Shown here piece after piece: positions 1 through 12,149 of a stretch of 41,974 bases of DNA (position 1 is the stretch's first letter; every line of letters begins with the position of its first letter). The position numbers were made by a program, and so were the translations under genes. Under the pieces are notes generated by a model, which worked only from the letters and a program-made list of their open reading frames with translations, ran no database searches and was not told the DNA's origin. Source of the stretch: Octopus bimaculoides (taxonomy: Eukaryota); the NCBI RefSeq assembly GCF_001194135.2, contig NC_068999.1, positions 20,528,971 through 20,570,944 on the forward strand, given 5' to 3'.

Positions 1-372
1 TTATAAAAGATGCATTTCTCCAATCCAAGACATGTATTTTACCTATATAAGTTCTAATACTCACAGAATGCATAACACTATCTCAAATGAGGAAAGGAAT
101 AGCCAAATGAATGTAACGCACACACACACACACACACACACATACTTTCACACACATTCACACGCTTATAAACAAATATACATATAGTGTGCGTGTAGGT
201 GTGTATATGTGTGCGTGTGTGAGTTTATTTCGTGTTGCATTGTGTCTATGTGTGTGTGTGTGCGTGCGTGTCTATGAAGTATATGTTTCTCACAATGTTC
301 TGTGCAATTCAGCAAATAAGTAAAAATGGCGTTTCCTAGACGTATTCTTGCTAGCAGAATTATAAAGACCAT
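1..372. repeat. First copy of a near-tandem duplication (second copy 511-872); probably an assembly overlap
   Basis: 1-205 equals 511-715 and 273-372 equals 773-872 at all readable positions. Copy 1 ends exactly at a 10-N gap (373-382). Its 206-272 (67 nt) corresponds to the 57-N gap in copy 2. Confidence 0.9.
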
Positions 373-510
373 NNNNNNNNNNTATATATATATATGTATG
401 TGTGTATGTATCATCCAGACGGTTACCTCACCAGCACTTCGTGAAAGAACCCGACTAGCATAGCGTACGATAATAAACTAATGATGATATTTTAAATAAT
501 CGCGAGTAAT

Positions 511-872
511 TTATAAAAGATGCATTTCTCCAATCCAAGACATGTATTTTACCTATATAAGTTCTAATACTCACAGAATGCATAACACTATCTCAAATGA
601 GGAAAGGAATAGCCAAATGAATGTAACGCACACACACACACACACACACACATACTTTCACACACATTCACACGCTTATAAACAAATATACATATAGTGT
701 GCGTGTAGGTGTGTANNNNNNNNNNNNNNNNNNNNNNNNNNNNNNNNNNNNNNNNNNNNNNNNNNNNNNNNNTATGAAGTATATGTTTCTCACAATGTTC
801 TGTGCAATTCAGCAAATAAGTAAAAATGGCGTTTCCTAGACGTATTCTTGCTAGCAGAATTATAAAGACCAT
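511..872. repeat. Second copy of the 1-372 duplication
   Basis: Same sequence as 1-372, offset by 510 before and 500 after the internal N-run 716-772. Confidence 0.9.
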
Positions 873-1867
873 TCTTGTTGATTGGGAAACTGAGACAGCA
901 CCTGTCATGTCAGAGACATATAACGTAGCATTGTATCATAATTTACTGGTGTAATATTCGACTAATCATTTTAAATGTATTTACAAGTCTGCATTTGCTT
1001 AAATGTTATTATGTTTATGTCCCCATACGCATCATTTTCATATTTAACATGTTAAAAATTAAAAATTTTCAATAAATTCATTTAGAAAATTTAACACATG
1101 TTACAAACCAGCAATTATGGTTGTATTACATTTTGAGCAATATACTTTTGGTTAATGCCAGACATATCTTTAGGCATTCTATAAATGTTGTATGATTTCA
1201 GAGTGTTTGTAAAATATGGCTATAAATATTAAATACTTAGGAAATTATATCGTGTGTCGTCCTATTTATACTCTCTTTCTTGCTTCTTGCCGCATCTGGC
1301 GTATATCTTGCCCGTTGTACGAGTAATATACGTGTGCCCACGAAATATATCTCTCTCAACAGCTATTATTTCAATTAAAGCCTTGAAACAAGAGATTGAA
1401 TAAAATTAATGTAAATGACTTTACATGAGATACTACACAGATTAAATATTCGATTTTTTTTTTTTTTGCCTTATAATAACTATCTTGACTAATCTAGCAA
1501 AAAAAAGCTGAATATTAAAGATAAAGTATGATATGAGAAAAGCACAATTCTTTGGCTAAAGAAGTTCCATTTATAATCATGCCTCTTTCCTGAAATCGGT
1601 TTGAAAATCCAAATATTAAAAATTAGCTCATGATCCAAAGGGAATGACAGAAAGAGCTCCAACGAAATAAGACGTAATAATCTGCGATTTTATGATTTCA
1701 AAATATGCGAATTAATTTTTTAGTATTCTTACAATAAACTTTTTTTTTTTTTTTTGCTGATTCCAAGTTAAGTTTACAGTATTAGTAACAATTATCTGCA
1801 CGATCAAACCTAATATATGGGTTTGCATTTTTCTTTTCTATCTTTTTCTTTTTCGCCTTTTCAATAC

Positions 1868-1978
1868 TTATCTTCTTCTTCTTCTTTTCTACTCCTCCTC
1901 CTCCTCCTTCTTCTTCTTATCATTATTACTACTACTACTGCTACTACTACTATTACTATTATTATTATTATTATTATG

Positions 1979-2026
<48 letters not shown>

Positions 2027-2030
2027 GTTA
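1868..2030. repeat. Compound trinucleotide microsatellite (TTC/CTC/ACT/ATT)
   Basis: Directly visible runs of tct, ctc, act and att units. Confidence 0.95.
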
Positions 2031-2032
2031 CT

Positions 2033-2548
2033 GAGTGAGAAAGCATGCCATCAAAGTGACACTGGGGTATTATTATACGAAGCCCAATATACCCATCATG
2101 ACTACTCGTCTGATAAGGGTACTCCAGGCACATGCATCACAACTATATGTGCGTAACATGATCTTATATGAAGATAAACAGCGTATGATCTTGCAAATGG
2201 GGCTCACTTAGAATTCCTCTCAGGTTGAGTAACCCATTGCGCTCAAAAGGTCCTTAAATAAGGTTTATTTAAGGATGACGAACGAAACACCTATGTTTCT
2301 AGAGGTGAATTATTCAAAGACCAAAAAGTACCTCTCAACACAAGGCTATGATGTTCCCTCAGTATTTCTGCTCGTGATCCGAGATGCACATACCGTCAAC
2401 CATCAAGGGACATGCTCAATTGGTCAAAGTCAAGCAAATGGCAAGCAAATCTTTGGTGTGGAACAGAATATTTACTGTAGCCCATCTTTTATACCAAGAC
2501 AAGCACATATCACCCACCAAGGGACATACTAAACTGGTTAAGATCAAA
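2033..2548 (-). mobile_element. Unclassified interspersed repeat with (TAA)n 3' tail, copy 1 (non-autonomous retroelement or LINE 3' UTR)
   Basis: Collinear diverged homolog at 39990-40470 (gagtgaga...catgccatcaaagtgacactgggt...gctcaaaaggtcc...ataccaaga). Both copies abut a (tta)n run on the same side. Confidence 0.7.
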
Positions 2549-2907
2549 CACCTGACAGGGGAAGTTGAGAAGAGGGAAGTGTTGCCTTCTAGCAAGTTTG
2601 TTGAAAGATGGGTGAATGCTGGAAGAATGGCCAGTGTGAATGGACCAATTCCCAGCGTACACCCGTGAAAAAATAAAAAGAAGGGCTCTTGCCCTGTTGA
2701 TCAGGCACCCGTGGCTTTTGTGTTTTTTTTTTCCACGAGGACCTTAAAGGTGCCTCCCTTATTGAGAGATTCATGTTGTTTAATATTTGTTATTGCTGTC
2801 AAATGTTTACATGCTGTAAAACCCTTTGTCTCGTTTGTGTTGTATTTTGTGTTGCCACGTCATTTTATGTTGTTTTATATAGGCCCTTGAGGCTAATAAA
2901 AGAATGA
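2549..2907 (+). mobile_element. Probable 3' end of a LINE (Tx1/L1-like C-terminus plus 3' UTR)
   Basis: Open frame HLTGEVEKREVLPSSKFVERWVNAGRMASVNGPIPSVHP* followed by a T-rich UTR, aataaa at about 2895 and an (att)n tail. The clade assignment is from recollection of similar C-termini and is unverified. Confidence 0.4.
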
Positions 2908-2926
2908 ATTATTATTATTATTATTA

Positions 2927-2989
<63 letters not shown>
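2908..2989. repeat. (ATT)n microsatellite
   Basis: Directly visible. Confidence 0.95.
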
Positions 2990-2990
<1 letters not shown>

Positions 2991-3202
2991 ATTGCTGTGT
3001 CTGAGGAGTTTCATTCTGTTTTAATGTCTTATTAATTAACACACTCACCGGTTCAATTTCCATTCATTTATTTATTTGTTTTTTTATTCTTCAAACTTTC
3101 GTTGCTTCTTGCCACCACTTCAGTAGTTATTGACTCTGTGCGTTATCGGAGCTGCGTCTTTTTGTTTATTTGTGTCTATGTGTGTGTGTCAGTGTGCATG
3201 TG

Positions 3203-4239
3203 TTATTATTCAGTATTCTTATTTTAATCATGTGCTTTCACTGCGCTACCGATCAGAGCACTGTGCTCTGTGGCTATGTGCTGTCGTTTGTTATGGTATT
3301 CTTATATTCAATCTATCGAAAGTGCTTTCAATACAGGATGTGTTCGGTACCTAGTAGTGCAATTTTCCGTATGTTATATACATTCGTAAGTCTTGATGTT
3401 TTGGTTATGGTTTTGTCCGTATGGTTTTTGATCATACCTAATGCAGTTGCGATTATAAGGACTGATTCTAATTTTAGATTCAAAATTCAGGTTATCTCTA
3501 TTTTTAGATCTTTGTATTTTGAGAGTTTCTCCGTTTCTTTTAAGCATACATTGTTATCTGTTGAGATTGATGCATCGATTAGAATGTACTTGTTTTTCTT
3601 GATAACCTCTGACAACTGTATCCGGTGTATTAACCTTGATTTCTTTCTCTATAGGTATTGATATATCTCAGAGCATGGCTGCAATATCGTTTTCTGAGAC
3701 CTTTTCTGAGGTATGCCTATACTATCTTTTTTCTGTTGTCATTACATGGTGTTAGCATAATTTCCAGTGTATATAGGTCTCAGCTACATCATGTCTGTCG
3801 GTATATTCCTTCCTAACCAGAACTGGGTAGCCAGAGACAATATGATTCATTGTTTCTTCCCCCATCACCACATATTCTACCGTTACTTGCATTTTCTTTC
3901 ATTATGCGATTCTGGTGGTTTCTGGTGGGGGAACTTTCATCTTCTACTCGAATTAAAAATCCTTCAGTCTCTGCTTTGAGTCCTGAGCTTCTCAACCATC
4001 ATTGGGATTTTACTTAGTCTATTTCTTTTCTATTTAGCTTGTCCCAGCATTTGCCATGTAAGGGCTTTTCTTGCCATCGCTTTATTATTGTATTTTGTTC
4101 TTCCAGTTTTAGTTCAGTTTTCAGTTGTTTTACAACTTTTGTTTTCTCTTGTTTCTTTTTTTTTCATAGTCGTCAGGTACTATGACTCATTTCTTGTATT
4201 TTTTCGGCTTCCTAAAAGTTTTGTTTCTGTTTATACCAG

Positions 4240-4240
<1 letters not shown>
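3203..4240 (-). mobile_element. 5'-truncated R4/Dong-clade non-LTR retrotransposon with restriction-like endonuclease (RLE) C-terminus, decayed
   Basis: The minus strand reads, through stops and frameshifts: RWQEKPLHGK..WLRSSGLKAETEGFL..GRICGDG/EETMNHIVSGYPVL..EYTDRHD..YIHWKLC..NTPDTVV..ILIDASIS..KETEKLSKYKDLKIEI..ALGMIK..KIALLGTEHIL. This gives a degenerate CCHC knuckle, the RHD motif and the PD..D..K RLE motifs. The 3' end ...aatactgaataataac lies at about 3203 and the 5' end abuts (tta)n at 4241. Confidence 0.9.
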
Positions 4241-4311
<71 letters not shown>

Positions 4312-4343
4312 GTTATTATTATTATTATCATTATTATTATTAA

Positions 4344-4392
<49 letters not shown>
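4241..4392. repeat. (TTA)n then (TA)n microsatellite
   Basis: Directly visible. Confidence 0.95.
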
Positions 4393-4396
<4 letters not shown>

Positions 4397-4594
4397 TACA
4401 CGCTCACACGCTCACACACACATACATATATATATATACATATATATATGGTGGGGTGTATGTATATAGTTGAGGGTGGTCTTCGATAGAGAGTCATGCA
4501 GGCTTTCTGGGAAGTGGACCAACACACATTGTATTCGGATGCTATGTTCGTGTACAGTCATGCTTGGCATTCGTAGTAGCAGGTCACTTGCCAA

Positions 4595-5399
4595 GATACA
4601 ACCAGAAATTAAGAAATCTTTGACAAGAAATCAAAATGGCTTCAGAAAAAAAAATAGATCAACTATCCAACAGATGCTTACAATTAATCATCTAGTGGAA
4701 GGAGTAAAACCCGGAAAACTTCTGGCAGTGTTACAGTTTCTTGATCTCTACATCCACTGTGCTAAAATGGAAAACCATGTTACTGGTCTATAGCATGCCT
4801 AATGAAATAACACCAGCAATTATAATACTTGTCAATAGTATTGGTTCAGAGATTTGAATGACATTATCATTTTTCTGAGCGCGAAATAACATTAGCACAT
4901 ATGATATCTTGGAATATGTAGCAGTGGGCATCTTCATCGTCATAATTGTCAAATTAATGGTTTAGGCGACCATACGAAGATACAATTTTCTTTGACATCA
5001 AATTCGGATTACTCAAGGGGGGCATAGTTGTAACTTTTTGTCTGGATTATTTCCTCAGAACATCTTGGACAATCTAAACGACCTCGGTTTTAGAATCGCG
5101 AAAAGATGATCGATAAGACATTCTCCACAAAAATGGACGCTGTAAATTGTGCTCTTTCGTCAATATCAAACACCGCCCAACTTTGTTATAGTCTGAAATT
5201 AGCTTCATATTATTTTGGACTACTTCTAAATCCTAGTAAAACTAAGATCATTGCTCACAATCGACAAGGATCGATAACAACATCAGAGAAGACCTCATCA
5301 ATCAAGTTAATGATTTCAAGTACACTGAGCCACATATTGCATCAACGGAAAAGGGTGTAAAAACTCGGCGAGCCAAAGCGTGGTCTGTTCTAAACAAGC
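4595..5399 (+). mobile_element. RTE-type LINE reverse-transcriptase fragment, inactive
   Basis: Translated segments KIQPEIKKSLTRNQNGFRKKNRSTIQQMLTINHLVEGV..LAVLQFLD, DTIFFDI, LDYFLRTS, GLLLNPSKTK and NQVNDFKYTEPHIASTEKGVKTRRAKAWSVLNK follow non-LTR RT domain order. There are several frameshifts and the YADD motif is degenerate (..MDAVNCAL..). Confidence 0.85.
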
Positions 5400-5780
5400 A
5401 GGATGATATATATATATATATANNNNNNNNNNNNNNNNNNNNNNNNNNNNNNNNNNNNNNNNNNNNNNNNNNNNNNNNNNNNNNNNNNNNNNNNNNNNNN
5501 NNNNNNNNNNNNNNNNNNNNNNNNNNNNNNNNNNNNNNNNNNNNNNNNNNNNNNNNNNNNNNNNNNNNNNNNNNNNNNNNNNNNNNNNNNNNNNNNNNNN
5601 NNNNNNNNNNNNNNNNNNNNNNNNNNNNNNNNNNNNNNNNNNNNNNNNNNNNNNNNNNNNNNNNNNNNNNNNNNNNNNNNNNNNNNNNNNNNNNNNNNNN
5701 NNNNNNNNNNNNNNNNNNNNNNNNNNNNNNNNNNNNNNNNNNNNNNNNNNNNNNNNNNNNNNNNNNNNNNNNNNNNNNNN

Positions 5781-6190
<410 letters not shown>

Positions 6191-6259
6191 TATATATAAA
6201 CACAAAGAAAGCTTGTGGAACAAGAACATATGGATGTCACCAAAATATATATTTGATAT

Positions 6260-6915
6260 CATATGGTGATGGTAGTCTCTCATAGTTCGAGAAAGCTGGT
6301 TGTGCTAAACAACCTTCACACATGATTTGTATATAGTGATAAAACCTAGGTAGTGGGTAGCGATTTTCTTCACTACTTCAGGAAGTGACAACCCTGCCTG
6401 ACACGAACCCCAGGCTCGTCTGGCTCCGGCTGGCAGTACCCGGTATGGGCCCCTATCCAGGGTTACGGAAAGGAGACAACCTTCAAAGGGGAGTCCCGTA
6501 AGCGGCTTAGTGTTCGACTCGACACACTTCCGGCAGCTCCTGCAACCAAGCTGGTGCCAAACGTAATGCTCTGCACTCCTTTGGACTACGTTAGGATGGT
6601 CGAGAGAGGAATCCTGACGATTGGGCTACCCAGGATTTTCTTACATCTAGCCCAGTCGTGCGCAAAACTGAAGAGGAAACTGGAGAGGACATGTAATGTA
6701 AAAACTAGTGAGGATTAGTTGATGCGCAACTCTATTATCTCCCGAGACAAAAGGATGCCAACAACACGATACATTAGCTCACTCCAACTTCCAAATCCAG
6801 GTTACCAGATCAGTTGCACGGTGCATATCACGCCAGTGTTCAAGTGATCACAAACCGATATGACAGGAAACGTTTTGCTGAAGTACAGAACGCACCACTC
6901 TATCCTGTGTGCTGG
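6260..6915 (+). mobile_element. Possible 5' UTR and start of an RTE-type LINE
   Basis: GC-richer island containing gcagctcctgcaaccaagctggtgccaaacgta...gtcgagagagg, which resembles RTE 5' regions as recalled. No diagnostic ORF. Confidence 0.35.
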
Positions 6916-6920
6916 CATAT

Positions 6921-6953
<33 letters not shown>

Positions 6954-6957
<4 letters not shown>

Positions 6958-7088
6958 ATTTTAACTGTGGCCCTGCAGCAGCACAATTAAAAGATTTTAG
7001 TGGAACATTTGAACCTATGAATTTTTAAAGGCTAGTACTTATTCTATCGGTCACTTATGCTGGAAAGCTCAGTGATGTGGGTGTAAAT
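6954..7088 (-). mobile_element. 3' part of a CORE-type SINE, cut by an assembly gap
   Basis: Reverse complement resembles the 3' region of the SINE at 16552-17010 (aataagtactag, gc..ggcc.cagt.aaa). Confidence 0.65.
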
Positions 7089-8082
7089 NNNNNNNNNNNN
7101 NNNNNNNNNNNNNNNNNNNNNNNNNNNNNNNNNNNNNNNNNNNNNNNNNNNNNNNNNNNNNNNNNNNNNNNNNNNNNNNNNNNNNNNNNNNNNNNNNNNN
7201 NNNNNNNNNNNNNNNNNNNNNNNNNNNNNNNNNNNNNNNNNNNNNNNNNNNNNNNNNNNNNNNNNNNNNNNNNNNNNNNNNNNNNNNNNNNNNNNNNNNN
7301 NNNNNNNNNNNNNNNNNNNNNNNNNNNNNNNNNNNNNNNNNNNNNNNNNNNNNNNNNNNNNNNNNNNNNNNNNNNNNNNNNNNNNNNNNNNNNNNNNNNN
7401 NNNNNNNNNNNNNNNNNNNNNNNNNNNNNNNNNNNNNNNNNNNNNNNNNNNNNNNNNNNNNNNNNNNNNNNNNNNNNNNNNNNNNNNNNNNNNNNNNNNN
7501 NNNNNNNNNNNNNNNNNNNNNNNNNNNNNNNNNNNNNNNNNNNNNNNNNNNNNNNNNNNNNNNNNATATATATATATATATATATATACATATATGTATA
7601 TGAACATATATGAACTCATATTGATATATATTTATATATGTATGTATCTACGTATGTATCTATGTATGTATCTATGTGTGTATGTATGATAGAGAAAGAG
7701 AGAGAGAGAGAGAGAGAGAGTGACACAGAGACAAAAACATGGACCGAGAGCCAATCCGATTGCTCATCTGAAACAAAATATCAAAACACAGTTGGTAAAT
7801 TTCAGGATGTTTATTTGTGTTCCAAGTGTTCAGAGCTATTTTGTTCATAACACTCGAAATATTTTCTCCACGATATAGAGCATCAGAGAAATCGACGAGT
7901 GTAATGAAACGTCGCTAATTCATGCTCCGTTAAGCATTTAACCATAAACCTGCTTCGCAAGCATATCTTCATATGTGAGTATGCATGAACTGGTACTACA
8001 CACATACAGAAACACACACACACACACAGGCACACACACAAACACACGCAAATATACATATATGTATGTATGTATGTATATA

Positions 8083-8134
<52 letters not shown>

Positions 8135-8332
8135 TACACACAGATATATGGACATATGTATAGTGAGCAAGAGTGAGAGAGTGAGAGACAGTGAGAGACA
8201 GAGAAGATGGGTAGATAGATAGTTACGTCGTTTATAATCGGCAGAAGTTACAAACCGACATGCTTATATCCCTACGAGGGTAGATAAACCCCAGTTACCT
8301 CCAACGACGCGACCATCCGATAACGTGATTTC

Positions 8333-8837
8333 GATCTTGTTTGGTTTGTCTGTGGTGGATATATCTGATGGTCTCGCTGCTGGAGGATGCGGGCTTTTTC
8401 TCCACGCTAGCGATATAAAAAAGACAGTGTATTTTACACCAAAATATGAACATGAGAGTTTCTCTCGTGGTAACAACTGCAGTGTAGTCTGTTCTAATAG
8501 AATATCCAGATTGAAATGGGGAAAAATATTACCTCTTAGTATTGACACTGTCCCTGTCACTAATATATATTTTTTTAACGGACTAGCTGACTAATCACGA
8601 CACCAGTGCCTGTTCTGGCACTCTTAATTTATGTATCGGTGACGAGGAGATGAATTGCTTCTGATAGTAGCAGTCGGGTGTCCATCGTTGACAAGACCAA
8701 ACAAGGTCTAAGTAATTTTACCTGGAGATTTCGAAGCTCGAGTACTTGGGTAGTTTATCTCTCCGTTAGCGATATAAACAAAAGTGTATTTTTCGCCAAA
8801 AGGTCAATAGGAGAGATTCTCTCACGGTAACAGCCGC
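8333..8837. repeat. Diverged local duplication mosaic: direct ~80 bp plus inverted ~28 bp
   Basis: 8397-8480 and 8757-8837 are direct homologs (tagcgatataaa..agtgtatttt..ccaaaa..gagag.ttctctc..ggtaaca). 8333-8359 matches the reverse complement of 8681-8708 at 22/28 positions. Confidence 0.7.
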
Positions 8838-9100
8838 TTTTAATATTGGCATTATCTCTGTCGCTGATATATAAATTAAATATATACATAAAACGTGTAA
8901 TATACGTGTTCACTTAACATGAAATGGTGTCCTTTCATTATACTACTTCTAATTTTAACTGCTGTGAATCATATCTGTTCCAATTCCTTAAGCATGAAGA
9001 TGTGTTCCGATCTTACCACGTTTAAAGATAGAAACTATCCCGTCTCAGAAGACATACTGCTTTAGCGTAAGCGACGTTTCTTTCTCAACACATGAATGTT

Positions 9101-9145
<45 letters not shown>

Positions 9146-9523
9146 NNNNNNNNNNNNNNNNNNNNNNNNNNNNNNNNNNNNNNNNNNNNNNNNNNNNNNN
9201 NNNNNNNNNNNNNNNNNNNNNNNNNNNNNNNNNNNNNNNNNNNNNNNNNNNNNNNNNNNNNNNNNNNNNNNNNNNNNNNNNNNNNNNNNNNNNNNNNNNN
9301 NNNNNNNNNNNNNNNNNNNNNNNNNNNNNNNNNNNNNNNNNNNNNNNNNNNNNNNNNNNNNNNNNNNNNNNNNNNNNNNNNNNNNNNNNNNNNNNNNNNN
9401 NNNNNNNNNNNNNNNNNNNNNNNNNNNNNNNNNNNNNNNNNNNNNNNNNNNNNNNNNNNNNNNNNNNNNNNNNNNNNNNNNNNNNNNNNNNNNNNNNNNN
9501 NNNNNNNNNNNNNNNNNNNNNNN

Positions 9524-9554
<31 letters not shown>

Positions 9555-10041
9555 GAAATAAATAAATATATATATATGTATATATATATTCATATATATA
9601 TAAATACATATATGCATATACATAAATACACACACACATATGCACACATATTCTCACACACACACACAATGCATATGGAATTAGTGAAGATAGACAGGTA
9701 TATATATAGAGAGAGAGGAGGGGAGAGAGAGAGAAGAAAGTCAGAGAATGATGTTCAAGTTTATTAGCTATTAACAATGTGATTTTTCAACAGTTACCAA
9801 TAATAGAAAAAAAAATCACTCTGTTTTTGAATACATATGGAAACATACCTGTATGCATGCTCAAAACAATATATATACACATATATATGTCTACACGTAT
9901 TTATTTGTTTGTATACACAACCACAAATACAGACACATTCTTCCAGAAACACACACACATACATAGAAACGTACACACATAAATATGTATTTCTATAAAT
10001 ATATATATATATATATATATATACATATGTGTGTATATATT

Positions 10042-10072
<31 letters not shown>

Positions 10073-10579
10073 GTATATATATATGTATATATATGTATAT
10101 ATATATGTATATATATGTATATATATGTATATATATATGTATATATATGTATATATATATGTATATATATGTATATGTATGTATATATGTATGCATGTAT
10201 TTACGTATGTGCGTATGTATATATACGCACACACATTTTGTGTGCGTATTTACTTGAGAGTTGATGGATGCAAATATGATAGTTTAAGAGCATTATATGC
10301 CTTTCAATGCATATGTCGTGTATATTTCGGTTGTATTTCTTGCCAAAATTCTGTCTCGAATTGACAACAAAAATCTGAATATCAAACTGTGAAACATCAT
10401 GAATCTACTGTAGGTAATGTTAGATTAGATATATTTATATACGGATTTCTATGGGGACAAAAAAAAAATTCGAAATACCTTCTTAATGCGCTGTTTGACA
10501 TATTGAATAAATATTTCAAATTTAATTATAAATATTGATTTTTGTTTTTTATATATATAGTTTGTCATATTTTCCTCTG

Positions 10580-10735
10580 CGAGAAGGTTAAGTGTCAACT
10601 ATAACCACCGTTACTTATTTTATCATCTGCAGAGTTATCTGAAGGCCAAAGTTGAATTTCAGCGTGCTTGACGTCAGATGTTACAGAATCGTAACTGGTG
10701 GATACATGTATAGCTCTCTACTATCTCTGCTAGCT
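10580..10735 (-). mobile_element. Old SINE copy, same family as 11179-11385
   Basis: Reverse complement contains tgaaattcaactttggccttcag..gataaaataagtaac, homologous to 11250-11310. Confidence 0.5.
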
Positions 10736-11178
10736 TAATATGCTAAAAAAAGAGACAGAAAAGAAGCCTACAGCTGGCTTTTTAACATGCTAGAAATATC
10801 AGCCAAATCAACCAAAATCTTATGTCTTAAAAATGAAAGTCACGTAACATTTTTCCTTATAGAGGAATAATAATGATGACAGCTGGGACACATTAGATCA
10901 ATGAGATGCCAAAGAATGGATCTGAAGCAAAACACGTTTTATTTATCAGTATCGCAATCTATTGATTGAAAGTAGTTCTACTCATTGTTGCTGATATTTT
11001 TCTTGATAATATTTTTGCTGTGGTTGATGTTTTTTTTTTTTATTGTTGTATCTAATATCTTTCAAGTAGTTCATCTTTGAAATATAACTAGTGTGTTTTT
11101 TTCTTATGTACTCGTATTCTCTTCGTTATTTTCTTGTAGCTGATTTTATAGTTATTATTATTTCTTTTGTCTATTCTA

Positions 11179-11385
11179 AGCCAATGAGACGGCCGAATCG
11201 TTATAATGACAGATAAAATGTTTAGCGGCATTTTGTCCGCCTTTACGTGCTGAGTTCAAATCGGCTGAGACCAACTTTGCCCTTCATTCTTTTAGGATAA
11301 AATAACTCCCAGTTGAGCACTAAGGTTGGTATTATTGACTTACCCTATCCACTGGAGTTGCTGGCGCTGGGCCAAAATTTGAAAT
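11179..11385 (+). mobile_element. tRNA-derived SINE with a gcc(t)ttcatcc...gataaaataa central domain (Deu/Nin-like; naming tentative)
   Basis: A-box-like ggccgaatcgtta, B-box gagttcaaatc, central ctttgcccttcattct...gataaaataactcccagttgagcact and 3' gccaaaatttgaaa. Other copies at 10580, 31760 and 34655. Confidence 0.7.
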
Positions 11386-11430
11386 CAGCTTTATCTTTGC
11401 TGTAATTATTGCTGATTAGACCATGATGAT

Positions 11431-11718
11431 TGAAGGTATATGGTCCAGTGGTTAGGGTGTCGGACTCAAAATCATAAGGGAGTGAGGTCGATTCCCAGAC
11501 TGGGTTGCACGTTGCTCCACTTCACTTAGCTGTAGAAATCAGTTGCGACGTCACTGATCCAAGCTGTATCGGCCTTTCTCTTTCCCTTGGTAACATCGGT
11601 AGCGTGGAGAGTAGGTTGGTATGAATGGACGATTGCTTTTAGAAACAACCTTGTCTAGACTTGTGCCTCGGTGGGTAACTTCCTAGGTGCAATCTCATGG
11701 TCATTCATGACTCAAAGG
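11431..11718 (+). mobile_element. tRNA-derived SINE
   Basis: A box tggtccagtggttag and B box ggtcgattcc. The head is homologous to that of 12718-13007. Confidence 0.7.
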
Positions 11719-12149
11719 TGTCTTCGAGACCACGATGAATTCAACACTGTAAAAAGGCATATTATTTGGCAATATCTTTTTAGTAAGGACTAACAACATC
11801 GTTAAACATAACCATTTTTGTTCTCCTTAAGACAGCTGAGTATGAGTTCAGGTAGACTTTCATTATTATTCTACTTGGAGGAACAGCTACAAAATGTTCT
11901 CAGCATTGGCTTTTTATGCAAAACGTGACTTCAAGCTCTACATTTTGAGACCAAAACGGAGTTGTGGCGCCGCTCATTTCTCCATCATGTGTTATTTTTT
12001 AACTGAGTGAAATCAGTTGAATTTTTGACACTTCCTATTCATATCACTTCAGCAATATCAGGATCCAGCTATTGTGGCTGCCAACAGCCTCAATGCATCT
12101 AAAAATTAATGTGTGCTTAAGTGCGCAAAATTTCAAGGCTTTCGGTAGC

